Assembly: GCA_004375725.1 (NCBI GenBank)
Contig: SOKS01000106.1
Span: forward strand, 1 to 36,500
Length of the DNA stretch: 36,500 nucleotides
Reading direction: 5' to 3'
Origin: Dehalococcoidia bacterium
GTDB taxonomy: Bacteria; Chloroflexota; Dehalococcoidia; Dehalococcoidales; RBG-16-60-22
A program made the translations under genes and the position numbers. Below the pieces are notes generated by a model. That model was not told where the DNA came from and made no database searches. It saw only the letters and a program-made list of their open reading frames with translations. Shown here one piece after another: positions 1-10,411 of this stretch. Each line of letters opens with the position of its first letter. The stretch's first letter is position 1.

Positions 1-963
1 GGCATCCAGCCCACCGGTGACCTGCATATCGGCAACTACCTCGGTGCCATCCAGCACTGGGTGAAGACACAGCATGAATATGACAGCATTTTCTGCGTCG
101 TTGACCTCCACGCCATCACCGTCCCCCAGGAGCCCAGGGTACTGAAGGCCAAGATACGGGAGGTGGCGGGGCTGCTCATTGCGTCTGGAATTGACCCCGA
201 AATAGCCAGTGTCTTCGTCCAGTCCCACGTTCACGAACACAGCGAGCTTACCTGGATTCTCAACTGTTATATCCCGATGGGCTGGATGCGGCGCATGACT
301 CAGTTCAAGGAGAAATCGCAGAAGCAAAAAGAAGAGGTCAGCACCGCCCTCTTTGACTATCCAGCGCTGATGTCGGCCGATATACTGCTCTATAATACGG
401 ATGAGGTGCCGGTGGGGGAGGACCAGAAACAGCACGTGGAGCTGGCGCGGGATGTGGCGCAGCGCTTCAACTCCGTCTATGGCGAGACGTTTACCGTGCC
501 GAAGGCCGTCATCGCCAAGGCGGGCGCCCGCATCATGGGCCTGGACGACCCGACGCAGAAGATGAGCAAGAGCGAGGAGCAGTCGGGGCGTGCCATCAAC
601 CTGCTCGACCCCCCGGATGATATACGGGGTAAAATCATGCGGGCGACCACCGACTCCCGGCGCGAGATTCGCTTTGACGAAAACCGTCCCGGCATAAATA
701 ATTTGCTCGTCATCTACGAGCAGTTCACCGGGCGGGGCAGGGAAGAGATTGAGTCCCGGTTTGAGGGCAAAGGCTATGTGGACCTGAAGCGTGAACTGGC
801 CGAGGTGGTTGTCGAAGGCCTGCACCCGGTGCAGTCACGCTATCGTGAGCTGACCGCTGACCCGCAGCACATCGATACCCTGCTGGCTGAAGGAGCCAAC
901 AAGGTAAGGCCAGCCGCCGAAAAAACCCTGGCGCTGGTCAGGGATAAGGTGGGGATTGGCTAA
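1..963 (+). CDS. trpS: Tryptophan--tRNA ligase (5' end truncated by window edge)
   Basis: Frame 1 is open from nt 1 and reads GIQPTGDLHIGNYLGAIQHW (class I HIGH-type motif) upstream of the GTG at 61 used by the ORF track. A KMSKS motif is present (QKMSKSE). Stop TAA at 961-963. Confidence 0.93.
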   Translation, partial: GIQPTGDLHIGNYLGAIQHWVKTQHEYDSIFCVVDLHAITVPQEPRVLKAKIREVAGLLIASGIDPEIASVFVQSHVHEHSELTWILNCYIPMGWMRRMTQFKEKSQKQKEEVSTALFDYPALMSADILLYNTDEVPVGEDQKQHVELARDVAQRFNSVYGETFTVPKAVIAKAGARIMGLDDPTQKMSKSEEQSGRAINLLDPPDDIRGKIMRATTDSRREIRFDENRPGINNLLVIYEQFTGRGREEIESRFEGKGYVDLKRELAEVVVEGLHPVQSRYRELTADPQHIDTLLAEGANKVRPAAEKTLALVRDKVGIG

Positions 964-974
964 TACCGTTGGCC

Positions 975-2432
975 TTATCCTTTGATAACCCCGATTGGCC
1001 TGGTTCTGGCCACGATTTTCGAGATACCGGCATTGTGGGCGACGCCTACCACGGAGGAAACGTCTTTGTAGGCCGAAGGGGCCTCCTCGGCAAGCCCGGC
1101 AAGGCTGCCTGCCCGTATCGTTATACCGCGGGCTTGCAGCGACTCAAGTACATCTCTTCCGCTTTGATGCCTTTTGGCGGCCGACCGGCTCTGCAACCTG
1201 CCGGCACCGTGGCAGGTGGAGCCAAAGGTCTCCTTCATCGCCTGTTCCGTACCCACCAGCACGTAGGAAGCCCGTCCCATGTCCCCGGGAATGAGCACCG
1301 GCTGACCGATTTGTGCGTATTTACCGGGCACTTCGGGATGGCCGGCGGGGAAGGCCCGGGTGGCTCCCTTGCGGTGCACGCAGAGCTTCTGCTTCTGGCC
1401 GTTTACCTGGTGTTCCTCTATCTTGGCGATATTGTGGGCGACATCGTAGATGAGCTCCAGACCAGCATCAACTTCTTTTATTCCCAGCACCCGGCAGAAC
1501 GCCTCTCTCACCCAGTGGGTGATGCACTGGCGGTTGGCCCAGGCGTAGTTGGCGGCGCCGCGCATTGCTGAGAGGTAAGCCTGTCCTTCCGGCGATTTTA
1601 CCGGACTGCAAGCAAGCTGGCGGTCAGGAAGGTCAATGCCATATTTGGCCATTGCCCTGACCATCTCCTTGATGTAGTCAGAAGCCACCTGGTGGCCCAG
1701 GCCGCGCGAGCCGCAGTGAACGTAAAGCATCACCTGGTCGACCTCATTGATGCCCATAGCCCTGGCAATGTCCGGCTCGTGGATTTCATCCACCAGCGCC
1801 ACCTCGAGGAAGTGATTGCCCGAGCCCAGCGTTCCCAGTTGGGGGAGGCCACGCTCTTTGGCCCGCCCGCTGACACTGGCAGGTTCCGCTCCGGCCATCT
1901 CGCCATTTTCCTCGGTGCTATCAAGGTCATCCGGTCGACCGTACCCGTGTTCCACCGCCCAGCGAGAGCCATTTCTCAGCACCTCATTGAGTTCTCCGCC
2001 CTTCAACCTGATCTTGCCCTTTGAGCCCACGCCAGAGGGCACGCTGTTGTACAGGGCATCCATCATTTGCTTCATTTTCGAGCTGACTTCGTCCTTCATC
2101 AGGTTGGTACGCAGGAGGCGCACACCGCAGTTGATGTCAAAGCCAACGCCTCCCGGCGAAACCACGCCGTCGTCCACTCTCATTGCCGCCACCCCGCCGA
2201 TGGGGAAGCCGTAGCCCCAGTGGATATCGGGCATGGCCAGCGAGTGGTTCACGATGCCGGGCAGGAAGGCGACGTTGGCCACCTGCTCCAGGGCCTGCTC
2301 CCCCCGGATTTGCTTCATCATATCGGCGTCGGCGTAAATGATGCCGGGCACGCGCATGCCCTGCTTGTAACTTTTCGGTATTCGCCAGCGATAGTCATCG
2401 ATTTTTTCCAGCGGTCCATTCCATGTCGCCAT
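975..2432 (-). CDS. rtcB: RNA-splicing ligase RtcB (3'-phosphate/5'-hydroxyl RNA ligase)
   Basis: 485-aa ORF with RtcB hallmarks HWGYGFPIGG, GSGNHFLEV and HCGSRGLGHQ. ATG at 2430-2432 is preceded by GGAGGTG. It lies immediately downstream of archease. Confidence 0.93.
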   Translation of the reverse strand: MATWNGPLEKIDDYRWRIPKSYKQGMRVPGIIYADADMMKQIRGEQALEQVANVAFLPGIVNHSLAMPDIHWGYGFPIGGVAAMRVDDGVVSPGGVGFDINCGVRLLRTNLMKDEVSSKMKQMMDALYNSVPSGVGSKGKIRLKGGELNEVLRNGSRWAVEHGYGRPDDLDSTEENGEMAGAEPASVSGRAKERGLPQLGTLGSGNHFLEVALVDEIHEPDIARAMGINEVDQVMLYVHCGSRGLGHQVASDYIKEMVRAMAKYGIDLPDRQLACSPVKSPEGQAYLSAMRGAANYAWANRQCITHWVREAFCRVLGIKEVDAGLELIYDVAHNIAKIEEHQVNGQKQKLCVHRKGATRAFPAGHPEVPGKYAQIGQPVLIPGDMGRASYVLVGTEQAMKETFGSTCHGAGRLQSRSAAKRHQSGRDVLESLQARGITIRAGSLAGLAEEAPSAYKDVSSVVGVAHNAGISKIVARTRPIGVIKG

Positions 2433-2443
2433 CCTGTCACCTC

Positions 2444-2854
2444 CTACACATCAAGGATAACCTGTACCCGGTTGTTCTCCCGGTCGACCTTCATCATGTG
2501 ATAGGTCGCTGATTTCACCCCCGTCTTCAATCGATGGCGGGAAGGGTCATACTTTTCGCCGTAGCAGATGGCCTTCAAACCGGAACCATCGAACCGTTCC
2601 ATATCAAATCGCTTCAGCAGCAGCATCTCAACGTCAAAGACGTAGAGCAGATAGTTGAGCCACTCGAAGAGCAGAGCCTCCGTGTCATCTTCTTTCAGTT
2701 CTATCTGGCGGGACTCTTTCTCCTGTACCCTGCCGAGGTCAGCCATAATTGAGAAGAGGCCGTAGGCGGCATTGGCAAACGCCTCGGCCAGATCATGCCC
2801 GTAGGCGACCAGTCCCATATCAGCCGTATGCTCGATAAGCTCAAATCGTTTCAT
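2444..2854 (-). CDS. Archease (RtcB activator/chaperone)
   Basis: MKRFELIEHTADMGLVAYG... is a typical archease N-terminus. I place the start at ATG 2852-2854 (residue 32 of the 167-aa ORF-track ORF). The upstream 31 codons look like non-coding leader and contain a TATAAT box. Stop TAG at 2444-2446 overlaps the rtcB RBS. Confidence 0.85.
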   Translation of the reverse strand: MKRFELIEHTADMGLVAYGHDLAEAFANAAYGLFSIMADLGRVQEKESRQIELKEDDTEALLFEWLNYLLYVFDVEMLLLKRFDMERFDGSGLKAICYGEKYDPSRHRLKTGVKSATYHMMKVDRENNRVQVILDV

Positions 2855-2876
2855 TTCTGCTCTCCGCACAAGTAAT

Positions 2877-2905
2877 ATTATACCGCATAGCCGTGTCGCT
2901 ATAAA
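2877..2905 (-). promoter_or_regulatory. Candidate sigma70-type promoter for archease-rtcB (TTTATA-N17-TATAAT)
   Basis: On the minus strand there is a perfect TATAAT (2877-2882) with TTTATA 17 nt upstream (2900-2905), about 25 nt ahead of the archease ATG. Sequence match only. Confidence 0.4.
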
Positions 2906-2918
2906 TGGGGATATATTC

Positions 2919-2947
2919 TTGAATAAAAGCCGAATCCCCTGTATCAT
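2919..2947 (+). promoter_or_regulatory. Candidate sigma70-type promoter for ahcY-metK (TTGAAT-N17-TATCAT)
   Basis: TTGAAT at 2919-2924, a 17-nt spacer and TATCAT at 2942-2947. AAGGAG RBS at 2968-2973 and ATG at 2983. Sequence match only. Confidence 0.4.
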
Positions 2948-2970
2948 TAATTAACGTGGCATTTTTTTGA

Positions 2971-4245
<1,275 letters not shown>

Positions 4246-4277
4246 GTTGGATTTCATTTATAAGCATGGAGGAAGAA

Positions 4278-5486
4278 ATGCCCAGTAGTTTTGCGAGTTC
4301 ACCCAAATACCTGCTGACATCGGAATCGGTTACCGAAGGACATCCGGATAAAATTTGCGACCAGATATCGGACGCCGTTCTGGACTCAATAATGAAGCAG
4401 GACCCGTACGGTCGGGTGGCGTGTGAGACAGCGGTGACCAATGGCCTGGTCTTTGTCCTGGGAGAGATTACTACCGACTGCTACGTGGAAGTTCCGCAGA
4501 TAGTACGGCAGGTGGTTCGTGATATCGGCTACGTTCGCCCCGAATACGGCTTTGAGTACCAGTCCTGTGGTGTGATGGTCTCGATAAATGAGCAGTCGCC
4601 GGACATTGCCGGTGGTGTGGGCAAATCGCTGGAAGCCAAGAAAGGTTCTACCGACGAACTGGACCAGGTTGGGGCGGGTGATCAGGGAATGATGGTCGGC
4701 TTTGCCTGCACCGAGACCCCGGAACTGATGCCAATGCCGATTTCACTGTCGCATAAACTGTGCCGGCGACTGGCCGAAATAAGAAGAAACGGCACGCTGC
4801 CCTACCTGAGGCCTGATGGCAAATCGCAGGTTACCGTGGAGTACAATAACGGCAAGCCAGTTCGGTTAACCAATGTGGTTATTGGTGCTCAGCACAATCC
4901 TGAGCCATCTCAAGAACAGATTCGTCAGGATATCATCGAGCATGTGATTAAGAAAGTGGTGCCGCCATCACTACTGGACAGGGAAACCGAGTACTATGTT
5001 AATGCCACCGGCCGGTTTGAAATCGGCGGGCCGGTATCTGACACTGGCTTCACCGGTCGGAAGATACTGGTCGATACCTATGGTGGCATTGCCCGGCACG
5101 GCGGCGGCGCCTTTTCCGGGAAGGACCCGACCAAGGTTGACCGTTCGGCGGCATATGCCGCGCGCTATGTGGCCAAGAATCTGGTGGCGGCGGGGCTGGC
5201 GGAACGACTGGAGATTCAAGTCTCTTATGTCATCGGCGTTGCCCACCCGCTTTCCATTTCCATTGAGACCTTCGGCACGGGTAAGGTCGGCAATGAAGTG
5301 CTTCTCGGCCTGGTCAATAAGCACTTTGACCTGCGGCCAGGCGCCATCATCAAGTACTTGAACCTGCGCCGTCCTATTTACCGCCCGACCGCCTGCTACG
5401 GGCACTTCGGCCGGGACGACCTTGACCTCCCCTGGGAAAAGACGGATAAGGCGGAAATACTGAGAAGAGAGGCGCTGGGTAAATAG
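4278..5486 (+). CDS. metK: S-adenosylmethionine synthase
   Basis: [29 protein letters not shown] and [16 protein letters not shown] motifs. I prefer ATG 4278 (GGAGG at 4268-4272, 5-nt spacer) over the ORF-track ATG 4266. Confidence 0.93.
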   Translation: MPSSFASSPKYLLTSESVTEGHPDKICDQISDAVLDSIMKQDPYGRVACETAVTNGLVFVLGEITTDCYVEVPQIVRQVVRDIGYVRPEYGFEYQSCGVMVSINEQSPDIAGGVGKSLEAKKGSTDELDQVGAGDQGMMVGFACTETPELMPMPISLSHKLCRRLAEIRRNGTLPYLRPDGKSQVTVEYNNGKPVRLTNVVIGAQHNPEPSQEQIRQDIIEHVIKKVVPPSLLDRETEYYVNATGRFEIGGPVSDTGFTGRKILVDTYGGIARHGGGAFSGKDPTKVDRSAAYAARYVAKNLVAAGLAERLEIQVSYVIGVAHPLSISIETFGTGKVGNEVLLGLVNKHFDLRPGAIIKYLNLRRPIYRPTACYGHFGRDDLDLPWEKTDKAEILRREALGK

Positions 5487-5515
5487 GATTGAGGAAGGAG
5501 TGGAGGTAGCTCAAA

Positions 5516-6532
5516 ATGATTGTTGAGATGCAGCGGGGCATCGACGTCGAGCAGGTTGACAGTGTGGTGCAGCGTGCCAAGTCGCTCGGCTTTCAGGTAC
5601 AGCTGAACATGGGCACGGACAAGGTAGTCATTGCCATACTGGGCGGCAATACCGGGCAGGTACCGACGGATACCTTTGCGGTTCTCCCCGGCGTGGAAAG
5701 CGTCACCCGTATCATGAAGCCGTACAAGCTGGCTTCCCGGGAGTTTAAAGGTGAGGACAGCCTGGTAAACGTGGGCAAGGTGCAGATCGGCGGGAAACGT
5801 GTTGTGGTCATGGCCGGTCCCTGTGCGGTGGAGAATGAAAAGCAGCTTATGGAAGTGGGCAAGGCAATCAAGGAAACGGGAGCGGCGGTGCTGCGCGGCG
5901 GAGCCTTTAAACCGCGTACTTCGCCGTTCAGCTTTCAGGGATTGGAAGAGGCGGGGCTGGAACTGCTGGCCAAGGTGAGGCAGACCTTCAACATACCGGT
6001 GATAACCGAGGTAGTTGACCCGCACGATGTTGAGCTGGTGGCCAAATCGGCGGATATCCTTCAGGTCGGTTCCCGCAACATGCAGAATTTTGCCCTGCTG
6101 ACCGAGGTGGGGAAGAGCAAACGCCCGGTCATGCTGAAGCGCGGCTTTTCCAGCACGGTTACAGAATGGCTGACTGCCGCCGACTATTTGCTGGCCGAGG
6201 GGAACAGCCAGGTCATTCTCTGCGAGCGCGGTATCAGGACATTTGAGGACAGCATTCGTTTTTCACTGGATATTTCCTCCATCCCGGTGATAAAGAAGTT
6301 CAGTCACCTGCCATTGATTGTTGACCCGAGCCATGCCACCGGGCACTACTCGCTGGTGCCAGCAGTCGCCAAAGCAGCGGTGGCGGCAGGTGCCGATGGA
6401 ATCCTCATTGAAGTCCATCCCAATCCCAAGGAAGCGCTGGTGGACGGCCTGCAATCTCTAACTATTTCCGACTTCACCCGGCTGATGGCAGAGTTGAAAT
6501 CGATTGCCAAATCAATTGACAGATATATATAA
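5516..6532 (+). CDS. 3-deoxy-7-phosphoheptulonate (DAHP) synthase, type I-beta with N-terminal ferredoxin-like regulatory domain
   Basis: 338 aa. The catalytic core has GPCAVE and KPRTSPFSFQG. It is preceded by a ~65-aa domain (MIVEMQRGIDVEQVDSVVQRAKSLGFQV...) resembling the Thermotoga-type regulated DAH7PS architecture. Confidence 0.85.
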   Translation: MIVEMQRGIDVEQVDSVVQRAKSLGFQVQLNMGTDKVVIAILGGNTGQVPTDTFAVLPGVESVTRIMKPYKLASREFKGEDSLVNVGKVQIGGKRVVVMAGPCAVENEKQLMEVGKAIKETGAAVLRGGAFKPRTSPFSFQGLEEAGLELLAKVRQTFNIPVITEVVDPHDVELVAKSADILQVGSRNMQNFALLTEVGKSKRPVMLKRGFSSTVTEWLTAADYLLAEGNSQVILCERGIRTFEDSIRFSLDISSIPVIKKFSHLPLIVDPSHATGHYSLVPAVAKAAVAAGADGILIEVHPNPKEALVDGLQSLTISDFTRLMAELKSIAKSIDRYI

Positions 6533-6548
6533 TCAGGCCGGTTAATCT

Positions 6549-7229
6549 ATGATGGAAAAGGTTATCGTATCCTGGAGTGGGGGCAAAGACAGCGCCCTCA
6601 GCCTGTATGAAATACAGCGAGGCGGCAAATATCAGGTTGTGTCTTTGCTAACCTCGATAAATGAGTACCACGATCGGGTGAGCATGCACGGTGTACGCCG
6701 AGAAATGCTGGAACGGCAGGCGCAGGCGCTGGGGCTACCCCTGATAAAGATACTGCTACCCAAGGACTGTGCAGAAGAGGAATATGAATCCCGCTTGATG
6801 GATATTCTGAGCAGGGTGAAATCAGACGGTATAAACCAGGTGGTTTTCGGTGATATCTTCCTGGAGTGGATAAAGGAATATCGCGAAAAAAACCTGAGCA
6901 AGGTCGGGATGACGCCCATTTTACCCATCTGGGGGCGCAAAACTGATGAGCTTACCCGTTCATTCATCTCTCTGGGTTTCAAAGCGGTGCTCACCTGTGT
7001 CAATACCAAGATGATGCCGAAGCATTTCCTGGGCAGGGTGATCGACAGGCGTTTCCTGTCCGAGTTGCCGCCGGGTGTTGACCCCGGTGGTGAAAACGGT
7101 GAGTTCCACTCCTTTGTTTTCGCCGGGCCGATATTCCGGGAGAGCATACCGTATGCTCTGGGCAGAACCGTTTCCAGGGACGCCTACAGTTTTCGTGATG
7201 TGCTGCTACGGGAGGGATGGCGCGAATGA
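6549..7229 (+). CDS. Dph6/MJ0570-family ATP pyrophosphatase (adenine nucleotide alpha-hydrolase superfamily), function unknown in bacteria
   Basis: N-terminal PP-loop VSWSGGKDS. The ~225-aa length and ...GENGEFHSFV... match the diphthine-ammonia-ligase-like family (COG2102-type). Confidence 0.7.
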   Translation: MMEKVIVSWSGGKDSALSLYEIQRGGKYQVVSLLTSINEYHDRVSMHGVRREMLERQAQALGLPLIKILLPKDCAEEEYESRLMDILSRVKSDGINQVVFGDIFLEWIKEYREKNLSKVGMTPILPIWGRKTDELTRSFISLGFKAVLTCVNTKMMPKHFLGRVIDRRFLSELPPGVDPGGENGEFHSFVFAGPIFRESIPYALGRTVSRDAYSFRDVLLREGWRE

Positions 7230-8656
7230 AAAATGAGATAACATTCGGTACCGATGGCTGGCGGGGCATAATCGCCAGGGATTTTACCTTTGCTAATGTG
7301 CGGATTTGCGCGCAGGGAGTCGCCGACTACCTGAAACAGTCGGGGATGGCCAGGCAGGGGTTGATTATCGGCTATGACACCCGTTTTGCTTCCGAGGACT
7401 TCGCTGCTGCCGCCGCCGAGGTGACGGCCGCGAGTGGCATCAAGACGTACCTGTGCGATAAGGCAACCCCGACCCCCGTTGTCAGCTACGGAGTGCTTGC
7501 CAAAAAGGCGGCTGGTGCCATCATCATCACGGCGAGCCACAATCCGGGTATATGGAATGGCTTCAAGTACAAGGACCAGTATGGAGCCAGTGCGCCGGAT
7601 AACGTTACCGATGAAATAATGAAATCCATCGACTGGACACTGGCCAAAGGGGAGCCAAAACAGATGCCACTGGAAAAGGCGGTGGAACAGGGGCTGGTGG
7701 AACGCACTGATTTGGCGAAAGTCTATCTCGAACAGGTTGACCGGCTTGTTGACTTGTCCGCAATACGGGAGGCAGGATTTAACATAAAGATAGATTCCAT
7801 GTACGGCGCCGGGGCGGGCTATCTCAAAGGAATATTGCAGGGCGGCAGCACCAGGGTAGCCGAGCTCAATGGCGGGCGAAACCCGCTTTTTCCGGGTATG
7901 GTACGACCCGAGCCAATCGCCATCAACCTCAAGAGGTTATCGACACTGGTCAGGGAGCAGGGGGCCAGCGTCGGCCTGGCGACGGACGGTGATGCCGACC
8001 GCGTGGGCATAATCGATGAGAATGGCGGCTTTCTCACCCAGCTTCAAGTATTCGCCTTGCTCTGTCTCTACCTCCTGGAGGCGCGGGGAGAAAAAGGGCC
8101 TCTGGTCAAGACGCTGACCAGCTCAAGCATGATTGACCGATTGGGTGAATTATATGATGTGCCGGTATTTGAGACGGCGGTGGGTTTCAAGTACATAGCC
8201 CCGATTATGCAGGCCGAAAACGCAGTGATTGGCGGTGAGGAGAGCGGTGGGTACGGCTTCCGCGGCCACGTAGCCGAACGTGACGGTATCCTGGCGGGTC
8301 TCTATTTTCTCGACTTCATGGTCAGGACGGGGAAAAAACCTTCAGAGCTTCTGGCCTATCTCTACAGCCAGGTGGGGCCACACTATTACCAGCGTATAGA
8401 TGCCGAGTTTCCCGAAGCGGAACGCCAGACGATTATAAATCGACTGCGTGACAACCCTCCGGAGTCAATTGAAGACGTGAAAGTCAGTAAAATAGATACC
8501 GCCGATGGCTTCCGGTACATCCTGGCGGATAACAGCTGGCTGCTGATACGGTTTTCTGGCACGGAGCCGGTGCTCCGTATCTACGCAGAGAGCAGCTCTG
8601 ATGCCAGGGTGGAAAAGCTGCTGGAAGCGGGGAAGAAGCTGGCTGGCGTAAAATAA
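7226..8656 (+). CDS. Phosphoglucomutase/phosphomannomutase family protein
   Basis: TASHNP phosphoserine loop, GLATDGDADR metal loop and GGEESGG sugar loop. I place the start at ATG 7226, which forms an ATGA overlap with the upstream stop, with GGAGGG at 7211-7216. The ORF-track ATG 7217 has no spacer to that RBS. Confidence 0.88.
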   Translation: MKNEITFGTDGWRGIIARDFTFANVRICAQGVADYLKQSGMARQGLIIGYDTRFASEDFAAAAAEVTAASGIKTYLCDKATPTPVVSYGVLAKKAAGAIIITASHNPGIWNGFKYKDQYGASAPDNVTDEIMKSIDWTLAKGEPKQMPLEKAVEQGLVERTDLAKVYLEQVDRLVDLSAIREAGFNIKIDSMYGAGAGYLKGILQGGSTRVAELNGGRNPLFPGMVRPEPIAINLKRLSTLVREQGASVGLATDGDADRVGIIDENGGFLTQLQVFALLCLYLLEARGEKGPLVKTLTSSSMIDRLGELYDVPVFETAVGFKYIAPIMQAENAVIGGEESGGYGFRGHVAERDGILAGLYFLDFMVRTGKKPSELLAYLYSQVGPHYYQRIDAEFPEAERQTIINRLRDNPPESIEDVKVSKIDTADGFRYILADNSWLLIRFSGTEPVLRIYAESSSDARVEKLLEAGKKLAGVK

Positions 8657-8696
8657 AAGCAGTAGAATACGTCATATACTGACTTCTGTATAAAAA

Positions 8697-8719
8697 GAGA
8701 GGGGCAAAGAGCCCCTCTC
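8697..8719. terminator. Intrinsic terminator hairpin between convergent pgm-like gene and rpsI
   Basis: GAGAGGGGC (8697-8705), loop AAAGA, GCCCCTCTC (8711-8719). On the minus strand it is followed by TTTTTA, so it fits best as the terminator of the long ribosomal transcription unit. It may also act bidirectionally. Confidence 0.75.
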
Positions 8720-8747
8720 ATATTTATTAATACCGCTCGTGTGTCGC

Positions 8748-9146
8748 TTAACGCTTGGTGTACTGAGGTGCCTTGCGCGCCCGTCTGAGCCCTGGTTTCT
8801 TCCTCTCCTTCACCCGTGGGTCGCGGGTGAGTAAACCGTACTGGCGCAGGATGGACTTGAGGCTTTCATTCGACTCCACAAGAGCGCGCGCGATACCGAG
8901 AGAGATAGCTCCGCTCTGGCCGGTGATGCCGCCGCCATTCACCTTGATCATGGCATTAAATTTGCTCAGGCTTTCCGTGACCAGAAGAGGTTGCAGTATG
9001 GCGCGGCGGTGTTCCAGGCTGGGGAATAACTCTTCATAGGGCACACCATTGATGATTATAGCGCCGTTACCGGGCATTATTTTTACCTGAGCCACAGACG
9101 TCTTTCTGCGTCCGGTACCGTGAAAATAAGATTGTTTTGCTGCCAT
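8748..9146 (-). CDS. rpsI: 30S ribosomal protein S9
   Basis: 132 aa with N-terminus ...YFHGTGRRKTSVA and the typical C-terminal ...RRARKAPQYTKR. Follows rplM. Confidence 0.95.
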   Translation of the reverse strand: MAAKQSYFHGTGRRKTSVAQVKIMPGNGAIIINGVPYEELFPSLEHRRAILQPLLVTESLSKFNAMIKVNGGGITGQSGAISLGIARALVESNESLKSILRQYGLLTRDPRVKERKKPGLRRARKAPQYTKR

Positions 9147-9158
9147 TTAGCTTACCCT

Positions 9159-9605
9159 CTACTCTCCTGTCTTTGACTCGGTGCTGGATGATTGGGCTAC
9201 CTGCGCGGAATGCGGGTGCGAATCACCGGGATAGACTCTGAGTTTTTTCAATATCTGGGCACCCAGTCGTGTGCGTGGCAGCATGCCCTTAACGGCATGC
9301 TCAACGACCCGTGCTGGATTGTCCTGCATCATTTTTTCCAGCGATATGCTCTTGAATCCCCCGGGATAACCGGAATGCCGGTAGTAATGCTTCTGCTTCA
9401 GCTTATTGCCCGTGACCTGTACTTTTTCGGCATTGATTACGATAACATGGTCGCCGGTATCAAGGTTGTAACTGAAAGTTGGCTTGTGTTTACCCATGAG
9501 CAGGCCGGCGGCTTCCGTGGCCAGCTTGCCCAGTGTCCTGTCTGAAGCGTCAATCACGTGCCACTTTCGCTCAATGTCTTTGATTTTGGTGGTGTAGGTT
9601 TTCAA
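9159..9605 (-). CDS. rplM: 50S ribosomal protein L13
   Basis: KTYTTKIKDIERKWHVIDA... is an L13 N-terminus. I place the start at TTG 9603-9605 with GGAGG at 9616-9620. The TTG overlaps the truA stop TGA (9602-9604) as TTGA. The ORF-track start at 9653 would lie inside truA. Confidence 0.9.
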   Translation of the reverse strand: MKTYTTKIKDIERKWHVIDASDRTLGKLATEAAGLLMGKHKPTFSYNLDTGDHVIVINAEKVQVTGNKLKQKHYYRHSGYPGGFKSISLEKMMQDNPARVVEHAVKGMLPRTRLGAQILKKLRVYPGDSHPHSAQVAQSSSTESKTGE

Positions 9606-10375
9606 TTGCGCAGTTCCTCCCAGGAATGTGGATATTTCACCCGCATCAGGCACAGCCCGTGGGCAGGAGCGGTTGGCCTCGCCAGCCCGGGCGTCCTCGC
9701 TTCTAATATACTACGAAATTCGTCAACTGTCATCTTTCCCAGCCCAACCCTGATGAGCGCCCCCATGGTATTCCGTACCTGGTGGGGCAGAAATGAGCTG
9801 GCAGTGATGCGGAAAGTAATCAGGTCGCCGTCCTTTATCACATCAGCCTGATAGACACGGCGCACCGTGCTCTTTATCCGGCTTTCCAGAGCCGTGGCGA
9901 ATGAAGCAAAATCATGCTCACCGATGAGGTGCTGACAGGCTTCATTCATCGCCGCCGTGTCCAGCGTGCCCGGAACATGATGGGCAAAGCGATGCTGGAT
10001 AGGGGAGCGGGCGGTCCGATTCAAGATAAGATAGTGGTACTCCCGGCTCACCGCATCGCGGCGGACGTTGCAAGCATCGCTTACCCTGAAGGCGTCTCTC
10101 ACGGCAATGTCTTCAGGCAGGTAGTGGTTCAGGCCACTAACAAAGGCGTGTTCGGGCAGCGATGAGACGGTGCGGCAGCTCACCACCTGCTCTCGGGCGT
10201 GAACGCCGGTGTCGGTGCGACTGGCCGCCAGCACGCGGAGCTTTTCTCCGGTCAGCTTCAGCAAGGCCGACTCAATCTCGCCCTGAACGGTGGGCTGACT
10301 GGCCTGCAGTTGCAAACCGTAGTAGTTTGTGCCGTCATATTCCATAATCAGTACCATCTTGGTGCGTTCTGCCAA
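9602..10375 (-). CDS. truA: tRNA pseudouridine(38-40) synthase TruA
   Basis: 257 aa with the catalytic motif ASRTDTGVHA. Sits between rplQ and rplM, as in Firmicutes-like arrangements. Confidence 0.9.
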   Translation of the reverse strand: MAERTKMVLIMEYDGTNYYGLQLQASQPTVQGEIESALLKLTGEKLRVLAASRTDTGVHAREQVVSCRTVSSLPEHAFVSGLNHYLPEDIAVRDAFRVSDACNVRRDAVSREYHYLILNRTARSPIQHRFAHHVPGTLDTAAMNEACQHLIGEHDFASFATALESRIKSTVRRVYQADVIKDGDLITFRITASSFLPHQVRNTMGALIRVGLGKMTVDEFRSILEARTPGLARPTAPAHGLCLMRVKYPHSWEELRN

Positions 10376-10411
10376 GCTGACAACCCCTTATTGTCGTAAT
10401 AGTGACGGTGG

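Noticed and set aside
2855-2947. N-terminal 31-codon extension of archease, with analogous ORF-track extensions of rplM (to 9653), rpmD (to 17074), rplW (to 24229), E2 (to 35650) and hicB (to 30006)
   Set aside because: The extensions overlap upstream genes or promoter-like sequence and lack RBSs. They also add residues absent from the conserved family N-termini, and internal starts with good Shine-Dalgarno motifs fit better.
8697-8719. Hairpin as attenuator or riboswitch terminator for a downstream gene
   Set aside because: It sits between two convergent gene ends (pgm-like stop 8656, rpsI stop 8748) and has a T-tract on the minus strand. An ordinary, possibly bidirectional, intrinsic terminator explains it.
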